A DNA stretch of 35,370 bases. It comes from Catajapyx aquilonaris (Eukaryota). A program made the translations under genes and the position numbers. The stretch covers positions 1 to 35,370 of the forward strand of contig JYFJ02004039.1 of assembly GCA_000934665.2 (NCBI GenBank), given 5' to 3'. A model generated the notes under the pieces. It was not told the DNA's origin. It saw only the letters and a list, made by a program, of their open reading frames with translations, and ran no database searches. Positions 11,078 through 22,814 of this stretch are shown piece by piece (within the stretch, counting starts at the first letter, position 1; each line of letters starts with the position of its first letter).

Positions 11078-12186
11078 TACAGGCTGTGGCTGATATCTTC
11101 TGAAGACGTCTCACCGTCAAATGTAACAATTAGCATTAAATTGCAAAAATAACGTGTCATTTTCTTATACCGTATACTGTGTATATTATATATACAGTTG
11201 AGTTCATCCGTTTCATTCACGCACTGTTGGTCCCAAGAATATAAGCAGTTGTTTGCATGGCCTTCAGGTTCTCTTTCCGGCCGTATCCTATTTATTTTAT
11301 GGCATTTTGCGAGTAAATATGACCAGTTAAGCAGTTAAGATTGTGCAGTCTTCAAAGGATATCTGTATATAGGCATACTGTGCAAGGAGCTTACACATGC
11401 GTTATTTTGTACTGAGCTATTTTGCAATATTGTAGCGTCGGGTGTCCTGCACTGACATGGCGAATACCTAACGTAATTTCTGCCTCGGAAATCATTTTAA
11501 AATGCGTGCAGTCATTCTCATTAAAAATACATACCAGTTGTACACCCTATAAGCACGATAGGCTGTATTATGCGGTATAGGGTAAAGAAATGTGCGGCTA
11601 TATTGTGATAAAAATTTATTTCAGGGCATTTACAGTGTACCATCAATATGTAGTGAATACCTTATTTTCAGTTGTGCACACATTTTATTTTGATGTAAGT
11701 TATTAGCTGTATAGTCATATACAGTCAGTGTATATAGGGAAGAATGGGAAAGGAATGGGACGTGGGAGGATGGGAAGTGGACTTTTTTTCTCACACCGTG
11801 AAACATAAAAGCTTCTGGTTTCCGTGATATGACAGCAGTGACTGGGCCCCTTTGTCCCACGTAATTACAACAGTGTACCTCTCGGCTTAAAACTGGGAGG
11901 AAGAAAAAACTGATTTCAGCCACTCGGGTCGAAATTTCTAATATCTCTTCGTAAGCGCATGGTGTGCCGCAATTAGGAGGAATTGATTGGTGACACCATG
12001 GCGTTGAATGGATATGACGCTAAGGCTCTGCTTTGTAGTGTTGTTTTCACAATAATTAGTCAAGCTTGGTTTTAAGGGCAGGTGAAGACTCTTAATGTGA
12101 TATACCGGTATATCATCGAATATGAAACTTAGTGTTCTTTTTCGTGTTTTTGGCATTTAAATAGGTGATAGAAAATGCCAGAAAAA

Positions 12187-12500
12187 CGTGACAGATATCA
12201 GTTGAGGTGGTACATAAATGAATAGAAACATGTATGAACAACATGTTTCTTCAAATAAGGTGCTCAAAGATGCTTCCGGCAACAGCATTGCATGCACGAT
12301 ATTGTCGTGCACTTGAAAAGAATTTCCGATATTTTACAAACAGTTGTAATAGCGACAGATATTCTTGCGACGAGGTCAATGCGTCTTACGCTAAGGTCTG
12401 CATGTGTCCCCAGCAGAGAAAGAAATCAAAACAAGTCAAATCGGACGATCTTGGCGGCCAGGCGACGGGTCCACCCCCGACATTCCATCGGTCCCCAAAA
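12187..12500 (-). pseudogene. Decayed Tc1/mariner-superfamily transposase C-terminus plus 3' flank
   Basis: Minus strand reads FGDRWNVGGGPVAWPPRSSDLTCFDFFL/WGHM...DLVARISVA...RACNAVAGSIFEHLI*, matching the WPPRSPDLTPLDFFLWG and FEHLL* motifs. Confidence 0.85.
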
Positions 12501-12504
12501 TTGG

Positions 12505-12768
12505 CATTCAGATCGCGAAATCCCAGGAATCTTTCAAAATGTACCGCAATCAATTATTCGACATTTCCGTGCATGCAATGCTGTTTTCTGTCCCAACTAT
12601 GAGCACCTTCTTTGAATAAACATGTGGCTCACACTTGTTTTCAGCTCCACCAATATCTGTCAACGCCCTATATGTCACCGAAAGGATGACAGCAGCGGAC
12701 ACACATTCGTTGACGAAGAAGGTGTTCCCTCTGTCCCATTTTTGTACACGTTATTTTTAAACACCCTG
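12505..12768 (+). pseudogene. Second transposase C-terminus of the same family with right TIR
   Basis: REIPGIFQNVPQSIIRHFRACNAVFCPNYEHLL* (stop ends at 12615); the element ends ...TTTTAAACACCCTG|TA at 12768. Confidence 0.75.
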
Positions 12769-13817
12769 TAGGAAAATATTTCAACCATTTTGCACCTCCA
12801 TCCCGAGACGGCAAAATCAGTGCCACTTTATATGAATCTCCTACTGTTGACTATCCGACGAATTACCTGTATGTTGTTGGGGACAATAATTAAAGCGAGT
12901 AATTATTAAATGTTACAATATTGCCTCATTATACGGGTGGGGAGTTCAGCGTGGAGCACCGTGAATATGATACAAGTGCTGAGTGAAGCGGAAAATGTAC
13001 CCCTCTTTTATACACTGGACGTGTCAACTATTGTTCATTGTTTCTGAACCTGTGGTGCGATGACCGCTGGCACTTTGCGGGAGTTCAACTGATGATCCGC
13101 TAGAGGTTAACAAATGACAGGGCCAGTGAAAACAAGTCCACTGTTCATAATACAGTAACAACAAAAATTCCCTAAACAATTGTGCGAGGCTGCAGTACTG
13201 TACAGAATCTTGAGGGAATTTGTATTCCCATAGCCTAGAACTAGAATATTCAGCTATTACCAGTTTGCTTTTTTGTGGACAAATTTAGTTACTAGAAACC
13301 GTGTAGACCTGCTTCCTTAATTATACTATGTGTACTTGATTACTTTCTGGTTTTTAATTGTAGCGCAGTATACCGTGTAATCATGGTGGAACCGGTGGGA
13401 TATTGCTCGGGAGTTAGGTTTACTTTCGGGCCCTCTCTTTTCTCACTTTCGCTGGCTGTTAACTCTATACGATTCCGCTTCTAAAATGGTTCTTGGATAA
13501 AGTATTCTTCCCATTTAGACCGGAGAGTGAAAAAGGCTCATTACAGATTCTATTCAGAACATTATCTGATAAACATTTAGGGACAGCCCCACTTGTTAGC
13601 CAAAATAGATGTTCCTTGATGTTCTGTTTTTTGTGCGACCCAGTCCTAATATATCATACAGGTACAAACAGGGTTGGAAAATGAATTTTAAAGAAAGATT
13701 TCATAGATATTTGGTATTGCGTACTGCTTTACTTTCTTTGTCTTAAAATATAAATGACAGAATGAGATAGGTCGTGAAGAATTCAATGTCCTCTCTGCTG
13801 GAAAAAGCAAGCATAAA

Positions 13818-14122
13818 TCTATATAAATAAAGCCGTTTGTGAGTCTGTCTGTCTGTCTGTCTGCCTGCCAACCGTCATTTGCCTGCCATCTGTGCTCCAC
13901 CCCCAGGCCGGGAGAGGATGGAGGTGTTGGGGGTTGACTACAGATGGCAGGCAAATGACGGTTGCCGTTATACAGGCGGGAGAGGTTGAAGGTGTTGGAG
14001 TAGCAGGACCACAGATGGCATTGGTGGCCGGACACACAGAAAGACAGACAGTTGACGGGGGTACTGGCAGGTGTTTTCCCTTCATTCATTTCTTCCCGGG
14101 CAACGCCGGGTGCCGCAGCTAG
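13818..14122 (+). mobile_element. Non-autonomous Helitron, copy 1
   Basis: A|TC 5' end, (GTCT)n microsatellite, subterminal hairpin CCCGGGCAACGCCGGG, CTAG|T 3' end, no TSD; near-identical copy at 18927-19211. Confidence 0.9.
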
Positions 14123-16998
14123 TAAGAAAATAACGCCAGTGTAAATATGCATGCTGTAAAACGCTCCTATACATAATTATATTCAAATTGCCTGACGGGA
14201 TCGGTTGAGATCGGTGCAGAATACGGTTACAGAACTGAGCAGCGTCTTCTGATTCTGGCTTGCACTTTTCTAATTGACACTACCATCAGAACCATAATCG
14301 ATGTCTGAGAAAATTTTCTCTACTGTTGTTTGGATAGCTCCCGTTTGTAATTACACTGGAATGGCAAGATTGGGGAATTTCGTCAATATATTATGAATCA
14401 TGATTACACATTCAGGATATCTAAAGTACCATCCACATTGCGGCAATAAGTTCTCGAATAATGCCGTACACTGTGTAACAAATGGGATGAGATAACGCTG
14501 CTTGCATAATTTATATGGGTTTAAGATTTAAAATAATTTCATTTGCATATTTTGAGTATATTAAAACGGAAATAATACTGCACTGCACTGGAAAGAAACT
14601 ACTTGTAGGCGAAGTGGAAGCAAATTGTGCATAATGTGGTGTATTGTACGTATTTCTACTGTACAGTCATAATTTCAACATAATTTAATATTTCTTCCAT
14701 TTGATCCTGATGGGAGCAATACTATTATCCCAATATCATCTAGCATAGAGTAGGTCTATGTTTCGGGCTAATGTCCCCTGCAGCTATGCAACCATCAGCA
14801 TTCTGCCGTTATATGGAAAAGAAAGATTTCACCTTGCTAAAGTGCTGATGGTGCGCCCTAATACTTTATTGATATAATACAAGCTTGATTTTTAACATCA
14901 CGCTTAACATTATTTTTTGCTGTTTTCATGCGTAGATTTACAATTTGTAAAAAAAGGTGCAGTAAGGTATATTTTACTGCCATGAATGCAGTTCCGAACA
15001 TGTGTAAGCCTGCCTGCCTCTCAAGTAGCATCGGTATTCTCATAGAGCCTGATATTGTGTAAAACTCTGAGTTTATACTTACCGGTACTTTACGGCTCTT
15101 TGCACTTTGTCGCATGATGTTATACAGTATTTCGTAGTTTTTGGTCCTTTGAACGGTGCGAAATATTCTAATTTGAACGTACAGTACAAGACTATATAGT
15201 ATAAAGAACCCTTTAGCAATGCATATTTTAATAATAATTTCTAACTAACTTCAACATGGACAGAGAGCTAATGTTTAGCTGCTACTTGGACACAGCGTTA
15301 TGTCGATAATAAATATTTCTCGAACAGTGGTACTGGTTGACAATTTCTTATCCGAAATTCTAAGAGGAACAGAAAAGCTACGAAGACCAAAAGTTTTTTT
15401 CATGATCATTGCGCACCAAAGCTCGCGTTTGGTGCCAGGCATGTCCCAAACTGAAGAAATGGTCGCCAGGACAACGATGACGACATTAGCCCTGTCCGTT
15501 GCACTGCTCCGAACTAGTTCTGGGGCAGTTCTCGGACTTCCATTGTTGATTTCTGGAAAAGTTGGAGGGTTGATCTATATACTATTGGGATACCTTACAA
15601 GGTAAGTATAGGCTATACCTGTACCATTCCGAAATGAGAAAAATTCCCAATTTCTTCCTCTGTGGTTTCGAGTAAGATATTATCAACCTGTACCAGATTT
15701 TATAAGGCTTTTATTTGTCCGGAACTCGTGCTACCAAACCTCTTGGTCACTACCTATATTCTCACTTGCTAAATATTTTCTGTGGGCAACGAAGCAAGTG
15801 AAGTCTACATGGGGCCAGGGCTGGACTATATGGTTTGCATGGACTCAAAGATGCTCAATGATACATGTACTGTACTTATAACGTTCTTCCTCTACATGAC
15901 ATTGCTATTTGATTGCAGTACATATTAAATAGGAGCGACATTAAAAGTTATCACATAAGCAGCCTTAGATTATATTCACTGCATTTTAAGTAACATCAGA
16001 TGTACAGTACATCATATAGCACAACCTAAATAAAAGCAACGAAGGGGACTCGTAAATTTCATGGGTAGTTAGGCAGTGTTTTTTTCAGCAAAGAGAATCA
16101 AAATTCAGTTTGAATTTAGCTATGAGATGAGGTAGGTCCCCAATGACCATATAGTCTAATAGTATGAGGGACTGCATGCGCTAGTTTTCGCATACTTTTT
16201 TACATTTGATAATACCTGAAGGGATGGTAATGGTGACTTCCTCTTTGACAAAAACATGCTGTGGCACTCGTAAAAGGGCCGGCGTACGGTCCAAAAATAT
16301 GAAACGCGATGGGAATATTGTCATCATTACTATTAGCAAAAATGTGGGTTGACAACCGCTTTGAGAATTTATTACATCGGAAAGTTGCATTACCCCCGAT
16401 TTCAACGTAGAAAACAACTAGAAACTCTACCCCATTAATTATGTGTGAAATTCGCACATCACTATAGGTGCAAACCGAATAGTGTCTATTTCTTCACTGG
16501 AAAGAAATCGTCCAATCCTCTCCCCATCCTTATATCTCACCTACAGCGCAGCTACGCCCTTGTCGGCGAGAATCCATCAATATCGAGAGTGATCCTATTC
16601 CATTACATCCTGAGCCGTCTGTCGGTTGACTCTTGTGTATTGAACCCTATCTCACTCCAATCAGCCACCGAGCATGGCGAACTAACACCATACGATTGAC
16701 TTCATTAATCTGCTTCCCTACTTGACATCCTCAATATGAATCCTGAATATGTGCCATCTGGTGGTTCGGACATGCCAGTAGTGTTGGCCATCACAGAGAA
16801 GCTATATATGGGTTGAGTGCAGGGTGGTCTGGTCTGAGATAAAAGAATGGAGCCACGTGCCATCCTCCCTCTTCCTCCCAAATAATTCTGGCCTGGTTTC
16901 TTTCAGACATATGGAGATGAAGTAGACGCAGGGGTCCAACCGCAGCATCCGAATCAGTGAGTTAGGTTACAGCAGACTGGAGATACCAAAGCTGGAGG

Positions 16999-17193
16999 TG
17001 ACCTCGGGCCGATGAGGGTCGAGGTTAATCAAGTGGAGGCGCAGGCTGAGCGGCAGGTCACGTGTGCCAGCTGCTTTGTACCCACGCAGGTCAGTGACCT
17101 ATGGGGTCGTGACATGGGGGGAATGACCTTTCTTTAGGGTGAATGTCGCAGGTTATTGTGGAAAGTGCAGACAACGGAAGTGAAACGAGGTCG
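16999..17193. promoter_or_regulatory. Nuclear-receptor half-site cluster with perfect IR-1 (putative ecdysone response element)
   Basis: AGGTCA-G-TGACCT at 17088-17100; additional TGACCT at 16999 and 17124, AGGTCA at 17055; degenerate GGGTCG-AGGTTA at 17016-17027 and AGGTCG at 17188. Confidence 0.5.
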
Positions 17194-17229
17194 GGCTCAT
17201 GGATATGGAGGCGTGTTTCTTTTGTTCAG

Positions 17230-17650
17230 ATTTCTAGCGGCGCCACCTCTGGCGGCCATGATTCATCCTTTTACACGATAAAAGAAACTGCTGTAACAAT
17301 GTGAATCAACAAAAAAATATATATAACAAGAGGAGGCGGGAATCCGCCATCTTTTTTTATATAATCACTTGGAACCTTTTGTAAATATCTGTCCGTATAT
17401 ACGTAACGATAACGAGGTTTCTGTGACGAAACCGAGCTCGATATTCCGATCCGATCTGTGCAGTTTTCTTGATATTTGATCGTAGCTGTGCGTTCGATTA
17501 TCGATTTTGCCGGCATCCTTTTACGATATGCGTCATCTTGTGCGTTGCTTACAGTTCCGTGTTCCATAGCAGGCTGGTTCACCCACAGCTAACTTTTGGA
17601 CGCGATACAATCTGAGCAATAAAGTAGCACAAATTGGCCGTAGTAATAGC
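17230..17650. promoter_or_regulatory. Candidate promoter or first-exon region (CpG-rich)
   Basis: YY1/Pho-type CCGCCATCTT at 17344-17353, DRE-like TATCGAT at 17499-17505, CTCF-like GCGCCACCT at 17240-17248, locally CpG-rich; motif evidence only. Confidence 0.3.
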
Positions 17651-18926
17651 GTATGTTACGGGCAGCATTATGTTATTATGACTGCTGCATCGTGTACAAA
17701 GAGGCGTCTGGCTTAATAACACGTAATATGCTGTAAATGTTGTTCTTAGTTACTTTTGGATTGGAAAATATCACTTAGTGAGAGTCCTTGCGTTTCTCTA
17801 GATTTTTAAAGAAGGAAAGTTAGAGGATTACATTGTGCAAGAGATCGGATAAAATATAGGACTTTGATGCCGGTACCAACTGTCGTGTAAAGTAGATAAG
17901 AACTAACTACCTGACAACGGGCTGCAGCAATGAGGTTTCAACCGTGAATTGTGGCTAAACTACTGAGCGAAAATGAGAGTAGTCGTCGTATTTTACGGTA
18001 TTTAAGGTCCCTCTTTCCAATGGAATATACGAGAACTGTAGAACCAAAAATCTTTGCGAATTCTTGCGCTGAGTACTAAAGAGTCGAGTACTTTGTAATT
18101 GCAGTAATGGCTTGCATACTTAGCACAATATGCCACTTTTGATATTAGAGGAGGATTATATTTAACAAATTACAATGAAAACTAGCTTCCACGAGTCGTA
18201 TAAGGTATAACTACATCTATACGGTATACAGTAGGCTATAATTAAAAATTTAGTCAAAAAAGCACAACTATTTACGTTGTTGTACGATTACAAAAACATA
18301 TTGCGGACAATTTGGGATGAAATCGGTAATTATTAATGATACAAAATGTTAATGAATGGTTAAGATGTAATGATCAGTTAAATTGAATAGGGGGTAATGA
18401 GGCGATATTCACCTATAGGTTATATGCACTGGCGCAAATGCAGAGGTAGGTCCAAAGGTGAAATATATGAACTACTCCCTTTTACGCAGCCAACTAGATG
18501 AGTTTCTCAAATTGATTAAAAGTCTCCGCACGGATGTGGAAATATCCTAATCACGATGTAGCTCCTGGAACTGTACTGCGCTGCTATGTGAGGGAACAGG
18601 AACTGTAAAGTCGGAAAAGTAATAAAAGTTATTGTGTCGTTTCTCTATAAGATGGCTTGATTGGACCATAAACAATATAGGTCTATAGATATTATAGGCC
18701 TCGACTAACTCGTATAACTTGAATGCAGTGATTATTCTCTCCACCTTTTATCTCCATTATAATCCAGAACGGCCCGAGTTTCGGAGAAATGTTTGATAAG
18801 CCTGTCACAGGGCACATATTTTTGTTAAGTCTTACAAAGTGGGGATTACATCTGGCTTGTTGCTTGCAAGGCAGCTTGTTAAAAACATCACAATTTTGTT
18901 GTACTGACCGAATAGAGAATATATCT

Positions 18927-19211
18927 TCTATATAAATTAAGCCGTTTGTGAGTCTGTCTGTCTGTCCGCCTGCCAACCGTCATTTGCCTGCCATCTGTGC
19001 TCCACCCCCAGGCCGGGAGAGGATGGAGATGTTGGGGGTAAATGACGGTTGCCGTTATACAGGCGGGAGAGGTTGAAGGTGTTGGAGTAGCAAGACCACA
19101 GATGGCATTGGTGGGCGGACACACAGAAAGACAGACAGTTGACGGGGGTACTGGCAGGTGTTTTCCCTTCATTCATTTCTTCCCGGGCAACGCCGGGTGC
19201 CGCAGCTATAG
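18927..19211 (+). mobile_element. Non-autonomous Helitron, copy 2
   Basis: Near-identical to 13818-14122; shorter GTCT tract, 18-bp internal deletion, 3' end CTATAG|T. Confidence 0.9.
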
Positions 19212-20045
19212 TTCTATATAAGAGTGAAACTGTGCATTAATCGTTCACATATTGTTAATTACTGTGTGTTTGCAAGAAAAGATTTGTGAAACTTACATAC
19301 CCATTGAGCTCATTTTCAATAGAATTTATAAGAAGCGATGAATTCTTAATTCATCGTTTAGAATAAAGGTGCGTTTACATGTGAGCGATTTGACGAGCGA
19401 AATCACATCGCTTATGTTTGAAAGAGCCAAGTTTCAGATACAAATTATGAACAGTAATAAGAACACCCTATACCGATTGCGAAATCTCTGAGAAGAAGTA
19501 GAAGTTCTTTCACTTATAAGTTTTATACCACCAAATGCTGGCGCAAAAAAAAACACAGTATATTGATTTGCTGTGCGGGGATGGCTGCAAGAGAAACCTG
19601 ACATTTTCTACGACAGGGTCAGAAAGAACTGTTGCCATGCTGGTAAAAGAGCTTTGACATATATGAAAACTGCGCAGAAAATTATTTGGAAGAACGGTTG
19701 GTTCAGGGCAAGTCATAATAGCATCTCGGGAGCAGGATGCGAATAAGCAAGAAAAAAAAAATTGATCCAAATATTTTCCCAATACTTTCATCGCGAAATT
19801 CAATTCTAAAACTGAATGCGGAAGCTTTTAAAAAAAAAAATCTCAGGATGAAGTCCCATAGGCTAAACTCGCTTCCAGTATGTCAACTTACCGGAGGTAT
19901 CCTCATTATCAAACCTTTCAAAAAAGGTTCATTGTGGATTCCGGATAACGTCTTTTGTCGTATACTTCCGGGGCTGTCGTGCCCTATTTTGGAGTGTCGC
20001 CTATATACAGCCGCGAGTTTATATACTTATGTAGTACTCTATGTA

Positions 20046-20176
20046 TCGGGTTCAATTATCAGTTCCGACCACTTTATCCTGATCTGGAAGCAACACTTCA
20101 CACCTCCTCACCGTGGGACCTGTGCGAATGGTTGCTTCAAGACCAGGATAAAGTGGCCAGAACTAATTGAACCCGA
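20046..20176. mobile_element. Small TA-flanked MITE with ~48-bp imperfect TIRs
   Basis: TA|TCGGGTTCAATTA..CCACTTTATCCTGATCTGGAAGCAAC pairs with GTTGCTTCAAGACCAGGATAAAGTGG..TAATTGAACCCGA|TA. Confidence 0.75.
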
Positions 20177-22281
20177 TAGTACTTTCAGTATGTGGCTTCC
20201 CCCGTTTCTATCCTCTCAATTATCTATTCTCCATCCAATTTCCAGTGATTCCATATGGACCAAAGGTGGATTTTAGCCCTTTGTTAGGGGCAGTCACAGC
20301 ACAGGCGCACAGTACTGTATACGTACATACCGTAAGCTTGTTTTTCATGATGTTTGCGGATTTATACAGGTTGTTTCCTCCATTTCTGGTTTTGCTCTTT
20401 TGAATTTCTCTTTTGTCGGTGTTTGTGTGCTCTGGTTTTGAGGCGACTTTTTTCTCCTGTGGTATTACTGCTGAGCTTCTGTAAAGAGAGGATCAGGGTG
20501 GTCAAGATGTGAGTTGGGTACCCTCATTTTCTCTGGGGTCAATGGACTCGGGATTTCGACACGCCATGCTGTCTGTGGTCGTCAGGACTGTATTATTGCG
20601 GAAATCCCTAAATTGACTAATTTTGAATCTCTCTTTGCGGAGACAGCGCTTGCTCCCATCACGAAACGTCTCGGCTTTATCCTAACTGTTCAGAGCAACC
20701 TGCAACACATGTCGTTTCAGAGAAGCGAGATTTACAGGATAAAATATCCCGCTTTCATCCTGGAGGTTCAAAGCAACCGGGTAAACATTTCTGTTCACAT
20801 TAAATACCAAATGGCTTACAGTATCACCTCGTCAGTCTGTATTTTCCGCGGTATTAGTAGAGTACCGGTACTTGACATGCCTGATGGTGAAGTGGGTGGG
20901 GAATGGTGGGGGTTATTGAGGGGTTGTTGCTAGGGTCGTCCATAGTAACCTTTGCACTTAATGATCTCAAGATGCATGAATTTTCATGCATATCGCTATG
21001 CAAAGCTTTTAATTATGTTCAATAGCTGGTTTTCATCGTGTGCAAACAACCAGGCATGTGAGGCCTAACACCCGGCTTCTAAATTATATCATATAGTGTC
21101 ACATATGAAGGAGGAAAAAATTACTCTTAATTTTGGTGAATGTGGGCTCTAATTAGGGACAAGCTTTGTCAAAAATTCTAATCTACATTCCAGCGTTCTG
21201 GATAGTAAGGGTATAATGCAAGTAGGATAAAGAATGTATTCATAGAGTCAGGGTTGAAGTGTGTTTTGCAAATTGTTGGAATTTCCAGTTTTAAAAAAAA
21301 TATTCGTTCTAGGCGTAAAACAAATGAAGAGGCATCTACTGTATTCAGGATGAGCACTGAAACTACTTTGCATATAGGCCCACTTGTACTTTACCTACGT
21401 GGAATAATTATCGGAAATTACGTACAAATTTTTTGTACACGACCTTTCATAAACTTACCTATAGCTCAGTTTTGAATATGGCTGCAAGGAAAAGTGTGTC
21501 AAAATAATGAACGGTACTTGGTATATCCGCTTTTTTGCCGTCGGTCGATATTGTAAAAAAAAATTTAAATCAAGCAGCGTCAAGAGCCGTGTTATGTCTG
21601 TAAAACTGAAGGGCTTTTCACTTGTTTCGGCAGAAATGAATGAAACAATTTAGTGTCTCTTTGAACAAAAAAGTCACACACTTCATCCTGAAAGTTAGTT
21701 AACATTTGTGCCTTGTTTGTATTCGAACAATATTGATATACATTATTATGTGCTCTGCTCGCTATACAATATCGCTCCAGCTAATACGTTTGTAAATAGG
21801 AGCTTGTCAGCAGCTTAGTGCAGTTGAATAGATTCTCTTAGTAGCATGGTCGATGACCTGGTGAACTATAGACAAGGGCGTGGTCCCGATGACTCTTAAC
21901 GTCCTCTTGCATCATGTAGTCAAATGGGACTATAGCATGTGGCAATCTTGTGCAGATGAGACGTCGTTCGGTTGCACAGTCAATCACAGCCTCCTGGAGG
22001 AGACTCCGATTGCTGCTCGCACTTGAATAACCCATTATACACTTGCCTTAATTGTGACAAGACCCGACGGCTCCTCGACATCTACGTCGCCACTGAAAAC
22101 ATGATCGTCGTTGCCACAATACCGTAGTTATCACTTGAGTAGTACTGTACATGCCAGCACTTCTACTGATTGGGGGGATCTTGGCTGATTATGCCTGATG
22201 GGCATCTAGTGCGGCAGTGAAATTGATACTGCAGTGTCTGACGCTAATGTATTAATTATGTGGATGCTTGTCGCAGGCAAT

Positions 22282-22509
22282 ATGCGTCTGTCGTGGGGTC
22301 GGCGCTCTGACGTGATGCCCGAAGGCGGTTGCGAAGGCCAAGACACAGCAGCAGGTAGTGCCGGAAGCAGCAATGGCGACAGCAGTGTGGGGGCAGACGT
22401 TGACCCTACGACGGGACAAGGGGCTGGAGTGCTCGTCGACATGCTGGACCACGAAGATTTAACGTCTGATCTCGACGAGGCTGAGATTAGAAGAGAATTA
22501 CTTAATGAC
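22282..22509 (+). CDS. rho: Rhomboid-family protease (rho/stet-like), first visible coding exon
   Basis: Acceptor TCGCAG ends at 22276; ATGs at 22282 and 22315 (true start uncertain); MRLSWGRRSDVMPEGG...DLDEAEIRRELLND; donor GTAAGC at 22510, phase 0, in frame with the next exons. Confidence 0.75.
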
Positions 22510-22790
22510 GTAAGCCTACACTTTAAGCATTCCCTCTGAATGAAAGATCTGAATGTGGCAGTCGATTATTCGCTGGTGATCAAACGATAGTTGTCAGTGT
22601 TTTGGATCGATATCAGGTTGGAAGCATTGCAATGCCAACTTGACAATATACAGTAATGTATTCCCTCGAGCAGTGGATTTAATTACTCTGATCACACTTC
22701 AGTGAGAATTAATTGTGTGACTGCATGGATATACGTTACATTACCGTATGTATGGTCATATTGAACTACTTTTTGTTCTTCTAATTTCAG

Positions 22791-22814
22791 AAATGGCGCC
22801 AACTCTTCGACAAG
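22791..22814 (+). CDS. rho: Rhomboid-family protease, 24-nt microexon (KWRQLFDK)
   Basis: Pyrimidine tract plus CTAATTTCAG acceptor, AAG|GTAAGC donor, phase 0/0; joins to give ELLND-KWRQLFDK-FDPEGFGEI. Confidence 0.85.

Noticed and set aside
15340..15601. Possible Transib-like transposase remnant or upstream exon (AAG|GTAAGT at 15601)
   Set aside because: Only vague similarity (SKRNRK...KLAFGA...ISPVR) with stops; needs tblastn or RNA-seq.
19737..20276. 179-aa ORF, the longest in the window
   Set aside because: Runs through a MITE and A-tracts; no recognisable family.
20500..20760. Possible LINE RNase H relic on the minus strand (TFRDGSK...TTDSMA)
   Set aside because: Two short degenerate motifs with wrong spacing and stops; insufficient without a profile search.
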